Of a DNA stretch of 64,000 bases, positions 39,260 to 52,890 are shown in pieces. The position numbers and the translations under genes are program-made. Below the pieces are notes generated by a model. That model did not search any database. It was given only the letters and a program-made list of their open reading frames with translations, and was not told where the DNA came from. The DNA lies in the NCBI RefSeq assembly GCF_040938485.1, contig NW_027271233.1:1116001-1180000 (forward strand). Direction: 5' to 3'. The DNA is from Diadema antillarum. Taxonomy: Eukaryota. How positions within the stretch are numbered: the stretch's first letter is position 1; every line of letters begins with the position of its first letter.

Positions 39260-39650
39260 GGGAATGTTTATTTAAACTTCTTCATGGTGCAAATTAGTCT
39301 GTTGAGATTTGGGTTTGTTTCGGATGATCTTTGTTCTCTCTGCAGTAAAAGCACTGAGACATGCATATTCACATTTATTTTAGGAATGTATTAAAGTGCA
39401 GGAATTTTGGCAAATTATTATTCAGAAATTGAATTTAGAAGGTATGTCCGGAAACTCCATAAAAATCAAAGGATGGAATACAATTACCGATGATTAAATA
39501 TATGTTATATTTAGCGAGATCAGAAGGGGAGTTACCTACATTTTACGATGTTATGAAGTATTTTAGGATATGTAAAGAAGAAAATAATATAGCGATTAGA
39601 AGAGCAACATTTGGAATGCATTTAAAGAGTTTGTTCGCAAAAACCGATAA
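39260..39650 (+). mobile_element. L1/Tx1-clade LINE ORF2 C-terminal fragment
   Basis: KLLHGAN.., then IKYMLYLARSEGELPTFYDVMKYFRICKEENNIAIRR, resembling the L1/Tx1 C-terminal region; many stops. Confidence 0.55.
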
Positions 39651-39891
39651 GTCCATTTTTGATGATTTTGAAGTACGGTCTCTGCCATAAAGTACACAAT
39701 AATACCTTTTAAATAATATATTGGTCACTACATATAAAGGTACAATTTTGAAGTTATGGTCAAATGAAGAAAAAATTTTCTTACTATTCTCTTTATTTTT
39801 TTGACATTCAATCGCAAATATCTCCATTTGATAAATATGGAATTATCGGTTTTTGCAAACAAACTCTTCATTTCTTAAAATGGGAATAATA

Positions 39892-41898
39892 ATAAGATAC
39901 ACTTGGTTTGCGGTTCAGCATGTATAGTCCTTAGAAGGACTGTTGGAATGACAGGAGAAAGATAGAAAGAAAAGTCGGATGAGAAGTGAGAAATTGAGTA
40001 AGAGCATTCTTTCTGGTGGTTGGTGGTTGAGTGCGAATCTTTCGACGGGGGTACTTGTTGATGGTGGTGAGGGCGTGCGTGACATGTTTGAGTTCCTTGT
40101 GTAGATGTTCCTGGTCGCTGAGTTGGTAGGCTCGTCTGATGAGGGCGTTGGGTAATGATTGCTGAACCGAAGGATGGTACACTTGATGGGATGGGAAGCC
40201 GGAGTGCGTCTTCTTGACGAGGACATCTAGGAAGGGGATGGAGCGGTCTTCTTCTATCTCCATGGTGAACTGGATGTTGGGATGTTGTTCGTTCACATGG
40301 CGGATGAAGATGTCGAGTTCGGATCTGCTGTGAGGCCAGATGACGAAGGTGTCGTCAACGTAGCGGAGCCACAGGGAAGGGCGGGTGGGAGAGGATCGGA
40401 GAACTTAGGTTTCGAATTGTTCCATGCGGATGTTTGCGATGATTGGAGAGAGGGGGATCCCATGGCAGCACCTTGTAGTTGTTTGTAGAAGCCAGTGCGC
40501 CATTTGAAGAAATTCGAATTGAGGCATGTGAGTAGGAGATCGTGGATTTGGTCTGGGGTGAGTTTGGTTCTGGCTGGGAGGTTTGGATCGGAGATGAGTC
40601 GTTGCTTTCATATGATCTCGCAGGTTTCGTTGACAGGAACACTGGTGAAGAGGGAGATAACATCAAAGCTGACGAGAATGTCGGATGGTTGAATTTGGGT
40701 CTTGGAGATGATGTCGACGAAGTGTTGTGAATTGGTCACGTGGTGGGAGGAGAGTCCAACTAGAGGTTGCAGTAGGGTGGCTAGGTGTCTTGCTGTATTG
40801 TAGCATGGAGATCCTCGGGTGGCTATGATAGGGCGGAGAGGAGTGAGTGGCTTGTGAATCTTGGGTTGGCCGAAGAGGATGGGGCAGTAGGCGGAGGAAG
40901 AGCGAAGCTGGAAGTAGAGAGGTTTGGGTAGTACGTCGGATATCGGTGAAGGGATAGGAGTTTCTGGTTGATTCTTCTCTCGGCGGCGGGGGTGGGGTCT
41001 CTCTTAAGTTTGGAGTAGGTCTTGGGGTCATCGATTAGGCCTAGGTCTTGAATTTTCTTGTCGTAGTCTTGTTTGTCCATGACGACGGTGGCGTTGCCTT
41101 TGTCGGCTTGTAAGATGTGGATGGTCTTGTTGTGTCGGAGGTCCTTGATGGCTGCGCGTTCTTCTTTAGTGATGTTGGGCTTGGGGGGTTTGGCGTCGGA
41201 GAGAGCTTGGGCGACTTTGAGTCGGATGTTGTCAGCTGCTGTCTTCGTGAGGAAACGGAGTTTGGGTTCAACTTGTTGGATGATCTCTGAGAAAGGGACT
41301 TTCTTTGGAGCTACGGCGAAGTTCAGGCCCAGCGATAGGACGTTGCGTTCTGTATCGGAGAGATGGTGCTGGCTTAGGTTGTGACGGTGTCCTTAGTAGC
41401 TGGGGGTGCTGGTCGGTTGTTGGGAGAAGATCGGCTGCCTTGGGCATGTAGTTTGTCAAATTTCTTGATCTGCTTGAGCCGGGAGGAAAGGAACACCTTG
41501 CGTGCAGAGTCGGCGCTAAGTGTAGTCACTTTCTGTAGGTCGCCTGGTTGAAGTTGTTGGGTGAGCTGAGATTGAGAGGAGGATGCGATTGAGTCGATGG
41601 CGTGTAGCTGTCTTCTGGTGTGGGCGATGCGTTCACGGGTAAGGGCTGTTCCCGCTTGGTGTAGGATGCGATGAGCTTTGGGAGAGTCAATGGACGACTT
41701 CAGTTGAAGGCCTGGGGGGACGATATTGGAGTCGCGGCATCGTTTGAGAAAGGCGAGGCGGTTGGTGAGCTTGGCGGCTTTGGATTGTCTGCTTTGGAGA
41801 AGTCAAGCGGTGTGTTGAGTAGGCTCCCCGTAGAGCTTGATCAGATAATTTTTGAGAGATGGTGTTTGCATGGTGTGGTATATAAGATACACTTGGTT
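39892..41898 (-). mobile_element. Penelope-like retroelement, decayed (frameshifts and stops; GIY-YIG endonuclease not seen)
   Basis: Minus-strand fragments from ATG 41871: NRLAFLKRCRDSNIVPPGLQL, MDKQDYDKKIQDL..YSKLKRDPT, FYKQLQGAAMGSP/LSPIIANIRMEQFE, WLRYVDDTFVIWPH (YVDD at 40351-40362), NEQHPNIQFTMEIEEDRSIPFLDVLV, NALIRRAYQLSDQEHLHKEL. These are hallmark PLE RT and thumb motifs. Confidence 0.9.
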
Positions 41899-42749
41899 AG
41901 GCTAAGGGGTGGTACGTAGCAGGAGGTGGCCATGCATGTCGGGAGAGTGATGATGAATGCCGAGGATGATATGTTATTTTTGTTTCTGTCTTGATTTTGC
42001 CGTATCTGCGAGTTATAGTCACATCGTTGTCGTTTTTTTCTCTCTATAGCTTCTATCATTTCCACATCACTTCCACATTATGATTAGGATGTCTTTTATG
42101 GCATGAGAAAAACATGGCATTATCAAGTCAGTCAGGGTTATTCAAGTGTGAATAAAACCTGAAACCTGAGGGCTGAAGGCATTGGAGACGGTGGGGTGCA
42201 TGTTGGCGTTTGTGGGTAGTGCGTGTGTGTGTGTGAGTGAGTGTGTGTGTTTCCATGTGTGTGTGTGTGTTTTTCGCAAATGTCCTCGATTTTTTTTTCT
42301 TTTGAGAAGCAATGGAATATGCCCCGTTTGTTTTTAGCAATCGATCTATCTTTCCCCCGTTTTGCGGGCATTTTGCGAGAATATATGTGTGTGTTTAAAA
42401 AAAAGAGCGGATTTCGTTTCTTTGGTTGAAAGAGATACAGAGTAAGTTTGACATCATTTTGTATAATGTTTGTGTCACTGCATTTTGTGTTTATATACAG
42501 TCGTAGTGTAAGATTGACTTTACTTGTACAAGGTTGTGTATAATGGAGTTTGTTTTTGCATAATGTTTTGTTTTTGTTTCTGTAAAAGTGCATTTTTTAA
42601 CAAGAAATTGAACGAAATTCGAATAAAGAATCAAAAAAGAAAAAAATGATGTGAATTTGCTTGCTGTGCTTTCAACCGTCGTAATGTTCTTTTCAATTCT
42701 TATTACAAATACCCTTGCTTCCACTACAACTCCTCTCACCTCCATGTCC

Positions 42750-44260
42750 GGTCTCTACACAAAATGATGGATGGATACACACCTACAACTTTTGCTGTTT
42801 TGAAGAAAAAGACTGAATCTTAAGTGGTATCTTAAGCAGGAGACTGGAGGGGCATTCGCTTTGTAAAGTTACTGGTGCCATTGTTAACATATGAGCATTC
42901 TTAGGACCATTATATACTTATCGTGCCCGAGTGTTTAATGGTATCAAGAACTTTTAAATCTCCACACTCAACTGAAGTTGCTATCATGGGCTGTTTCAGT
43001 CCCGATCTGAACGTCAGACGATTAAACGCTCGTGATCTCTTGCATCTCATAATTATTTCACAGCCACGTGACATTGACAGCGAAAGATTCGTCCCCGACT
43101 CGTTTAGCAGGACGGCCTAAAATATAGCGTGCATCAATAATTTTGTAAATCTGCATTTCCGAGTAGTATGCGCTAAAACGGCCAACAGCGGATCATGGTG
43201 CATTATTCACTGCGACAGTTCTTTCGACCTCTACGCACACTAATTGGATTGCCATCCATATTTGTCTTTCAAACTGAAAATTTGCAAATCCTGAAAAAAA
43301 CAACAACTGTAGAAACCGATCATTTTCATGTTCTCCCTTTTCGCCAATCTACATTTAGATGTTTGAATGTTCCGTTTGTACTTCATAGGTGGAAAGAATC
43401 TGGGAGTTATGTGTACGTTATGTTAACAAGATTTCCCGTGTTGCCTCTTTGCTCTTTGATCATTTATTGTTTAAAAGATCACTAAATATGTGCATTAGAC
43501 TAAATGGATGAGTAAAACACTTGTTCATCATTTTTGTTTATGGTATTGTGACATATAATTCGAATGGAAATGGTCTTTTCTGTTATTTCGTCAAAAAGCC
43601 AGCTTCGTGCTATTACATGGCATAAATCGCATACACCAAATCAAACGTTGTGCTGCTAATCTTCGTCACGTTCTGGTCTACACATCTCGATGTCCAATTA
43701 TACGACGTGATGCATGGATACACATCTATAACTTTTGTTGTTTGCAAGGCGACTCAATCTTAAGCGGTACCTACCAAATCTTATTTTCTTTTTCTTTTCA
43801 TTATTTTTTGAGCGCCAATAGACTGCAGGAACATTCGCTTTGTAGACTTTACTGGTATAATTATCAGTCTTGCTAAGATCATTATTTCATGCTTATCGCG
43901 CCGGAGTGTCAATGGCATCAAGAACTTTTAATTGTTCACCCTCAACTAAAGTTATTATCATTGGCTGCTCCAGCTCCTATCTGAACGAATACAATTGCGT
44001 GCTTGTGATCTCTTGCACCTCATCATTATTTCACAATCGCATGACACTGGCTGCGAACGATTCGTCCTTGACTTGTTCAGCAGAACGGCCTAAAATAATA
44101 ACGTGCATGAATTATTTTGTATATACATGTATCTGCCAACAGCGGATCTTCGTGCATTATGCATGGCGACAGTTCTTTCGACTTCTAAGCTGCACGTACT
44201 TCAATGATTAGATTGCCATCCGTTTTTTTTTAACTGAAAAATGCAAATCAATTGTTGCTG
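42750..44260. repeat. Diverged direct duplication, period ~930 bp
   Basis: 42750-43330 aligns with 43690-44260 (e.g. ATGGTATCAAGAACTTTTAA / ATGGCATCAAGAACTTTTAA; GACGGCCTAAAATA / AACGGCCTAAAATA; GCGACAGTTCTTTCGAC in both). Confidence 0.85.
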
Positions 44261-45115
44261 TTTATCCTTCAGACATGCCTCATACATATAATAGCAATTC
44301 AGTGTTTTCGAATGCAATGGTAAAACTGAGACGATTTATTTCGATATTCCGGACAGTGGAGATAAAGCCAGCTTCTAACACGCACTTGCTGTACATTTTC
44401 GTGAATTTTCACTCAAGAGCAGTCAAGCAAATAAAAGTATTTTCTTTCTTTTTTTTGTATTCACTCCTTAAAGAATGAATATTTTCACTCGATATTTTTA
44501 GNNNNNNNNNNNNNNNNNNNNNNNNNNNNNNNNNNNNNNNNNNNNNNNNNNNNNNNNNNNNNNNNNNNNNNNNNNNNNNNNNNNNNNNNNNNNNNNNNNN
44601 NNNNNNNNNNNNNNNNNNNNNNNNNNNNNNNNNNNNNNNNNNNNNNGTATACCCTTGTGTGTATGTCTGCTTCAGAAACGGGTTTTAATCTAATATCACA
44701 TTGCATCCTGGTCGCTGATGAAGCATGCGATGACTAATCTGTAAAAACATTCGCTTTCCTCGCCAGGATAAAGCGTTTTAATGCCATTTTAGGTTTTTAT
44801 CACATTTCAGGTTGTTATCATANNNNNNNNNNNNNNNNNNNNNNNNNNNNNNNNNNNNNNNNNNNNNNNNNNNNNNNNNNNNNNNNNNNNNNNNNNNNNN
44901 NNNNNNNNNNNNNNNNNNNNNNNNNNNNNNNNNNNNNNNNNNNNNNNNNNNNNNNNNNNNNNNNNNNNNNNGACCTGTATAGTAGTATAGTATTGTTTTA
45001 TAACGTACGAGTTCAACGTACCGATTGTCTTAGACTAAAACTGAGATGAAACCTACAAAGACCGGCCACTTGGTATGAAGACGTCGTCGGCCACCAGAAA
45101 CTCATCTCATGCTTA

Positions 45116-45268
45116 AGCCCTCCGCACACTATAAGACTCACGACCTTACGCCTGACAGACTTTGGATCCGAAATAGATCACAGTATCCTCAGAATAAACA
45201 CCGCTTATTTATTTCAAATCCAAATTCTGTCAGTCGTAAGGTCGTGAGTCTATAGGGTGCAGCGGGCT
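45116..45268. mobile_element. MITE
   Basis: AGCCCTCCGCACACTATAAGACTCACGACCTTACG ... CGTAAGGTCGTGAGTCTATAGGGTGCAGCGGGCT. Confidence 0.75.
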
Positions 45269-47467
45269 TTAGACCACAAATACACAGAGCTATAGACACA
45301 TCGGTTCGTAACATTTATCACTTATTTTATTGGGGGAAGTACATAATACATTCATAGCTGTAATATGACGCGTATTCAAAATAAATGCTAGTTACAGTAT
45401 TCAGTGAGCTTGTAAAATACAAGCAGAAGTGATGAAATATATTAAAAGTAGTTACCTATCTAGCATCCTAAATCATATAAAAGTTTTTTTTTTGCGGAAT
45501 AATTGCAAGCATAAACTCTTTCAAACTTTGGCATTTCATGATGATAAAAACAAAGTATGTGCATATAAAAGTATACAAGCTCCATCTCTACTGAAAGACC
45601 GTTTATAAGGATAATTATGTTTTTACAGATATATGAACATTGTCTTCTATAATTAGTTACTAATTTCGTTCAAAGATTAAGTTCACATCCTAATAATAAT
45701 TGACAAAATTGCGATAGTACCGGATTTTCTGTTAAACAAGTTTGGAGCGCTGTGATTGTCGACAGTTTCAGTCTCACATCTTTGTACAATTAATGTATTT
45801 AATTGATGTTATTTCCATAGGAGAGGTTTCATACAGTCGTTGGTGTTAAAAGCCAACGAACCTGTTCGGATGATTGGAATCAAAGCTGCTAAAATAGTGA
45901 CGAGGCGCAGCATGTATTAATGACATGATGCATTACAATGGCGTCCGGACCACGTGTATCCCAGCCTTTTGCAAATGGACTCGCCAACACAGCGCGCGAC
46001 TGACGAGCTGCGAGAGTTTAGAGTTCCCATCCGATCGCTGTGTGCGTGCGAGTCCACTGCCTGCCGTTAACACATATTATGCGAGTCCATTGCGAGCCGC
46101 CATTACAAAAGACTGAATGACAATGTATCCCTGCTTTGGATTAAACGACTCCAGGGTGTCCAGGGAACGCACTCCAGCCTGATAAGGTACTTCGATTGAC
46201 GTAATTCTAGTAAAGCATGAGTGCACTGCATCCAAAAATATGAGATTCGTATTACAGGGGAGGTCTCTTTAGATTTATGATTGTTGTTTAGTGGAATAGT
46301 GAATCGTCATGACACACTCTTACAGCACCATAAGCACGTTGCAGTCGATTTATTATTATTTTTTTTTGGGGGGGGGGGCTGTGCTTTTTTTTGTACATGG
46401 CTTATAAATTAAAAAAAAAAAGATGTTCAAAGATATTTACTGAAAATGATCATACTGATTGAACTAAAAAAAAATACAGCGACAAAAGTCATCTAATATC
46501 ATTAACAAATTCATTATAATGATCATTACCATTACCATTGTCCTTATCACCGTTATTGCAATGCACAACAAAAGCCAATTTTCGTCAAGGATTTTTATGA
46601 TAATTGCTTTTATCTATGATTACTTTCCATTATGAATGATAAACGCCCGGGGCTGCCTTTCGGGGAAAATAAATGCTTATAACAATAGCAACTGACGTAG
46701 CCGAGCAACTCGAACAAGTTCAGCTTGACTATCTCAAGGTGGTTTTGTTATTTGTGCATTTTGATTGGTTGGAAGTTTGGCGTGAGACAATGACCTCAAC
46801 ACCAGTCAGTTTAGGGTCAACTCATCGCCTATATCACATATAATAACACATAAGTCTTGTCTTCTCTACGCGTATGGATATATCTATGGATATACTCCTA
46901 CATAAATATATTAAATGCTTTTATTGTTCTTTACATTTCCATGGTAATATGAAAAGGTTTCCAGGTACATTCTCTTGAATAGAACCAGCTACAAGTACGT
47001 CTGAGGATATATTTGCTATTCCATTACAATGCTCTGTGAACCTTTGTTATTTTGTAAATATGACAGTCACTTAACGGTGTTAAGTATGATAATCTCTTGA
47101 AATTTTTTGATGACAAGGTGTAATCCATATCACAGTGATCCTGTGATTAATGTGACGGAGGCAGAGTCTTGAATTTTGACCGTTTTGATGGCTCAAATCA
47201 AATCCTCCTTAAATCCGACGCTCAGAGTACATATCCATTATTTCAGGCTCAAATCACTCTTAAACATTTCATGATCGTAACTTCTACACAGCGCAGCAAC
47301 TAGTACATAATTTTGTGGAGCATATCATTAACTTTAAGACAGGCACGTTGGTGATAGATGTAAGTCATATTGTTTTGTTGTGCCAGCGTGGTTTACTAAT
47401 CGGTTATGCAGTACATTATAAAAGGCCCTACAGTACATGCAAACAACTGGACGCTGGCTTTGCCATC

Positions 47468-47498
<31 letters not shown>

Positions 47499-48055
47499 TT
47501 TTAGTAAATGTGAGTAAAATGCAAAAGAGCTTAGAAATATGAAGTGGTGGGATCAATATGTCGCACGTCAGTTGTTGGGTTGGGGCAATCGCAAATCTGT
47601 CAACTGGAACAATGTTGGAGTGGGCCTATTCAATTTCACAAAATAAGAACGAACGATTGACGATATCATTGATTGTCGACAATTCAAACAGATCGATACT
47701 CGATACAGATAGGAAGATTTGAAGAGTTTTATTGCAAAACGAGCTAACTCCATGCTTGTTAAGTTGAGATATTTGCGATTAAAGCTGCTAAAAACAGACA
47801 AAATAATACGAAAATACAGGGTATTTTTAATCATATCTTCTAAAATATTCTTGTTATGTTACAAGTGAGGTAATACCGGAAATGTTTAGTTTTGCTCTAT
47901 CTGATTCTGGACTTACTTTAAAATGTTTAAAAATGGCGCTTAGCCCATTTTGCAAGAAAACTCTTCATTTAGTGAATGAAGGTGATCCGACGCGTGACCG
48001 TGCGGTGCTGGATGCAGTGCTCGACGAGCGGTGCAGCCCTGTGCAGTGAAGGTCG

Positions 48056-51000
48056 TCACCGGCCAGTGGTGAAGTGGTACTGCTGTCTCCTCTTCTCTCG
48101 CGACAGTCGGCAGGCCAGGCAGCAGAGCACCACGCCAATAAACATGAAGATCAACGCCAGTACACCAATGATGGCGAAAGCTATACGAGGAGAAAGCAAG
48201 AGAAATACCAATTTTGGCAAATAATTATTCTAACAGGTTACTGAATAATTAGACCAGTCCACATGTCAGTAAAAGTTGATAATCATGATAGCAACTCTTG
48301 CTGGAACGGCAATTGTCATGGTAACGGCAAGAATCCAGCTTTCTGATTGGCTGTTGCTACGGAAAGTTGCCATTCCAGCAAAAGTTTGTTATCATTGCAT
48401 ATCTTTTGTCTGTTTTATTTTTGTTTCTAATGAAGAGGGGCCCACTGCCAGTACGTGTTCTTTGCCACATTTACTTATCAACGGACAGAAATCTTCCTAT
48501 CAAATTAAAGGATGTGACCTGAATCAGTTGATGAATCGGTCTATGTTTGCAGTGTGAAGACAATCAAACGAGACATTTAACAAGAGGAGGTAGGCCCCAC
48601 ATAATTTAATGTGTCATAGCTCTCTGTTTAGACCGGATCGGTACTACCTCCACTAGCTTGGCTTGTATACCTTGACAGTAGCTCCTTGGCTTAAAAATGA
48701 AACCCAAACCCGAAGAGCAATGTGGATTGAGTGAGAGTAGCAACATTAGTAGAGCACATCAGTGAAAGTTTGAGGAAAATGGGACAATCGATGCAAAAGT
48801 TATGAATTTTTAAAGTTTTGGTGCTGGAACCGCTGGATGAGGAGACTACTAGAGGTTATGACGTATGAGTGGACAACAATATAAAGAAAATATAGAGGGA
48901 ATTCCACAAAAATTCACTTTTCTAGCATAATGAAAGAGCACTTGACTAACCGCTTTCAGAAAGCAGGGGGAACAATTGCTACCCTTAACATATGTCAGTA
49001 TCAAGTTGATGTAATGTGTAATTTTCATGAAAAATGAATTTTTGTGGAATTCCCTCTATATTTTCTTTATATTGCTGTCCACTCATACGTCATAACCTCT
49101 AGTAGTCTCCTCATCCAGCGGTTCCAACACCAAAACTTTAAAAATTCATAACTTTTGCATCGATTGTCCGATTTTCCTCAAACTTTCACTGATGTGCTCT
49201 ACTAATGTTGCTGCTTTCCCTCAATCCACATTGCTCTTTGGGTTTGGGTTCCCTTTAAGTGATAGCCTTGGTATGTTAATCAGGAATTTGCCTCGGGACC
49301 AAGTATAACTTTCAATGCTCGTGATACAAGATACAGCTACAACCAACCACTTCTGTGTAGACCTTTATCGACGATCTTGAAAGACCAATATAATTTTCAA
49401 AACCAAGCAGAGCTGAGCTCGGCTCAATCGAAAACATTCAAACCAATTAAGATGTACCCAGTCCGTTGTTAGATAAAAAGGTTAACGCACTAAACCGACA
49501 GCGACTAGCAGTCACAGAGGGGAACTAATGATATATGTCACAGAGATATTCTGAAGTCCTGTCTAGAGGCCTTATAGTTTGTTTTTGTTTTTGTTTTCTT
49601 TTGCCATCGGTTTGAAGGGGACAAATGAGGATGAAGGAGGAGGAGTAAAGTAAAACAATGCTCAATTACTTATAAAGATGCAGAATGGCTAAATGCATCA
49701 ATTATAAATGTGAGGTTATTACAAATAAACACAAAATACGAAATGATGCACACAGATGTAATGAAATGTCTGCCACTTTTGTAAAGTAGGAATGAGGATT
49801 AAGTGTCTGGTTTAGTGGAGCCAGGGGGAGACAGAGTTCCGAAAATTCGCACTTTCTGTTCTTCGGTAGAGGATCACAGGGATAGTGGTATACGCCTAGG
49901 CGTATACCAAATGCGTCGAGACGTTATATACAATTTTTTTTCTCCACATCTCTTCTCTAAGTTTGCTCTCCTACCTTCATTCCCTGTTAACTTTGCCTAT
50001 TTTTCCCCTTTATTTGAGGATGATAGGGTCTAAACTGACAGGAATGATAATCCAAGGGCATCAAAAGGTTTGTTCTCCGTCTAATCTACTCATAGGAAGA
50101 ATAGGAGTCAAATCTGGCTCATGATTAATCTCCTTTAGTAATAAGTATCTCGGGAGGTCATTGCAGTTGGTCGCTGTGGGTTATACTCGGACGTCACGGC
50201 TCCCCTCTTCTCAGTATAAAGCCTGACGGGCGTGGAACCACAATACATGGCAGAGATGAATAATTATGGTTGAATGAGTTGAACATCGATGTAACGATGG
50301 TGGACAGTAACACACTGTCCTCATTATGAGATTAGTGTTTTGACCAGAGTTTGTGAATTTGGACGAGACAGACTGCCCGCGAAAAATGAATGAGACTGGA
50401 TTTACGAGAAACAAATCAGTGTAACGCAGCTGCATGGGGTGTGTGTGTGGGGGGGGGGGGGGGGTGGAGGGTGGGGGAGGAGGATGGGAGACAATACACT
50501 TCGAACAGTCAACAAAATAGACCTCCTCTACCTACCATGCTTATTCCAGCGTTTGGATTAGCCCGTTTACACTAGTATATTTGTACTAATTGTATCACTC
50601 ATTCATCGCAGTGATTGTTGTAAGTAACTTTGAAGGAAGTGCAGGGAAGGATTTCCTATTCTTCTCGCAGATAGATTAAGAACGAGTCAATTATCGTCGA
50701 AAATGAATACATCTACGAAGAACTTCTTTAATGAAAGAGTCGAAATTCAAATGAGTGACACAATTATAGCGTTCTTACCTATGATGTATCCGAGAGGAGG
50801 TGAATCGCACATGACGTCATTAATGCATCTTGCACCTGGGCCCGCTATGGAACGGAACAAAGGAGATATGTCGATTTGTTTGCTTTTTTCTGTCGTGTTG
50901 TTCATCGCCATGGAAACTGATTCAAAACAGCCTCACCTAACCCGAGTGTTTATGTTTGCACCTGGTTCCATCCCAAGCGAGAATAAAAGACTATGACATC

Positions 51001-52890
51001 ATCACATCGGTACTCTTACGTTTAAATTTGGTTTCTTTGGTTTTGTAGAATCAGTTTAGGAGATGTATTGATGGGATAAACGTTTAGCTGCTGGACGATA
51101 GGTCTAGTGAGAATAATTAGGCAATTAACCCTGGTGATTTTCACGATATTCCGTATTTTGCAACAGGGTGTGAATTTGATAACTTTGTCCTTTCGGTCTG
51201 AGCGTGAGGAATTCTCAAGATTGGTCTCACCTGTGAAATAGACGACAACCACCACTACAAGAGCGAGTAGGAGAAAGACACAGAGGAGGAGCATGACGGC
51301 GAAGACGACCCGGGTTCGCCGCGTCCACCCGGCCACCATCGTGGACGATCGGTCGCTGTCGGCGTTCGTGGAACGTAACCTTTCACTGCGACGCAGGGGA
51401 AGGGGTTCCGGATCGCTCATGGGGGACGACGGAAGTCGGCTCCGAGTGGGGCCAGCATCCCGCTCTGTGTAGGGCGGCGGGGGCGGCACAGTGGTGGATA
51501 CAAACGGATCCGATGTCGGCGCTGCTTGTGCTCTCGAGTTTCTTGCGACATCGGGATGTCTTCGCAGTTGTTCGGGACTGATATCATAAGCCTGATTAGT
51601 TCTACCCATCCTGACGGGTCTCTCTCCGGGCATGTAATCAAAGGGCACCTGTTCATCGTACATTTCACCCTGCATGCCGGCGACGATGCCCACTAGGTCG
51701 CTGTTGTCAGCCGCTTCTCGCGGCGACCAGTTCCCTTGCCAGTTTGCCCAACCCCGAGATCTGCGCCCACTCGTACGCACAGAGTTGTTGTAGACGATGT
51801 TCGAGCGGCTGTTCATGTGGTGCATGGGAAAGGAGTCCACAGGGCGATTGGTACTTGGGTCGATTTCTCTTGTAATGACAATCCTTTCGATGACTGTTGG
51901 CTGAGATCTCAGTGGATCATCCCTCTCGGGATACGCCCTGTCGGCATGCCTGCGCCCATCTTCATTCGGATATGCATTGGAGAATCTCGGACCAAAGGCA
52001 TTCCCTTCGTATTCCATCCCTCTTCGATAACCATCACGCTCGTCTGACGGACCTTGGGGCCGTGAGTGCCGATGATTATCGCCAATCCCGCGACTGTCAT
52101 CCGGTGCACCCGATCGAGGCCGACTGCCGCGGTCCAGAGTCGTCTGCGACTCGGCGGATTTTTGCTGCCGAGTCTGCGTATAAGTCTCTCGCGATTCTTG
52201 TCTGTTCGGGCTTGTATCATTATCCGTCTGGTCTGGAGTTGCTTGATCATTGTGAGGTGTATCCGTGATAGCTTGGAGGACTCTCCTTAGAGCTGAATGA
52301 ACTGGTTGTGGATTCCCGGCACCATCTATAGCTGTTTCTACTTGCGTCGGTGGTGGGTCGGCATTTGTTGGTGATTGCGATTGAACACCATCCGACTGGG
52401 ATGTAATCGGTTGTACATGTGGTGGCGGTGGTGGTGCTGGTATTTCTATCCTTGACGGTTCGTCGTCACCGATAGGCCCACCGAGATCCACCCTCTGGAT
52501 ATCCGGCCTACCGTCGTCAATGCTGACATGACGAGAATAGTCCCTACTCGGATGGACTTGCGCAGTGGCCGGCAATGTTGGATACTGAGACGTCCCGTTT
52601 TCGCCCGTTTCGGATCGCGGATAATCTGGGTTATCGATGTCTTGGTCATCTGCGTCCGTCACGTCAACAATACGCGGTGAGTCGTCGTTGTTGTCAATTT
52701 CTCTGATGATGACGCCACCGCTAGGTTTTGCGTTCCACGTGTTGGCTCTCAAGGGCATGGCCTGATGACCGTAAGCTCCGTTAATGATGACGCTACTTCC
52801 GCGATTCTTCGAGACGCCATACTGCTGGTCATAGGCGAACGGTTCATCCCTCCTCGGATACGGGATCACTATCGTCTCGTATCCGGTCAT
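48056..52890 (-). CDS. Uncharacterised ~594-aa disordered protein with PPxY motif and C-terminal double hydrophobic segment
   Basis: A large exon 52905-51231 (acceptor ttttccttcag; first ATG 52890; donor ACAG|gtgag, phase 1) lies inside the 633-aa ORF. It joins in phase to exon 48180-48056 (acceptor ctttctcctcgtatag; AFAIIGVLALIFMFIGVVLCCLACRLSREKRR..*). An upstream coding exon cannot be excluded. Confidence 0.78.
48695..49254. mobile_element. TTAA-flanked foldback element, same body as 6466-7034 but different termini
   Basis: Shares AGTAGAGCACATCAGTGAAAGTTTGAGGAAA..CCGCTGGATGAGGAGACTACTA arms. Termini are AATGAAACCCAAACC / GGTTTGGGTTCCCT with TTAA on both sides. A more degenerate relative lies at ~53860-54280. 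Confidence 0.8.

Noticed and set aside
45030-45110. Second hammerhead-like motif (ATGAAGACG..GAAAC within a TGAGATGA/TCATCTCA stem)
   Set aside because: It lacks the invariant C of CUGANGA and has no stem II pairing.
51022-51230. C-terminal 70 aa of the 633-aa ORF (GETNLENSS...NQI)
   Set aside because: It lies after a strong phase-1 donor (ACAG|gtgag) and is most likely intron read-through. A candidate internal exon at ~51115-51020 has stops in all three frames.
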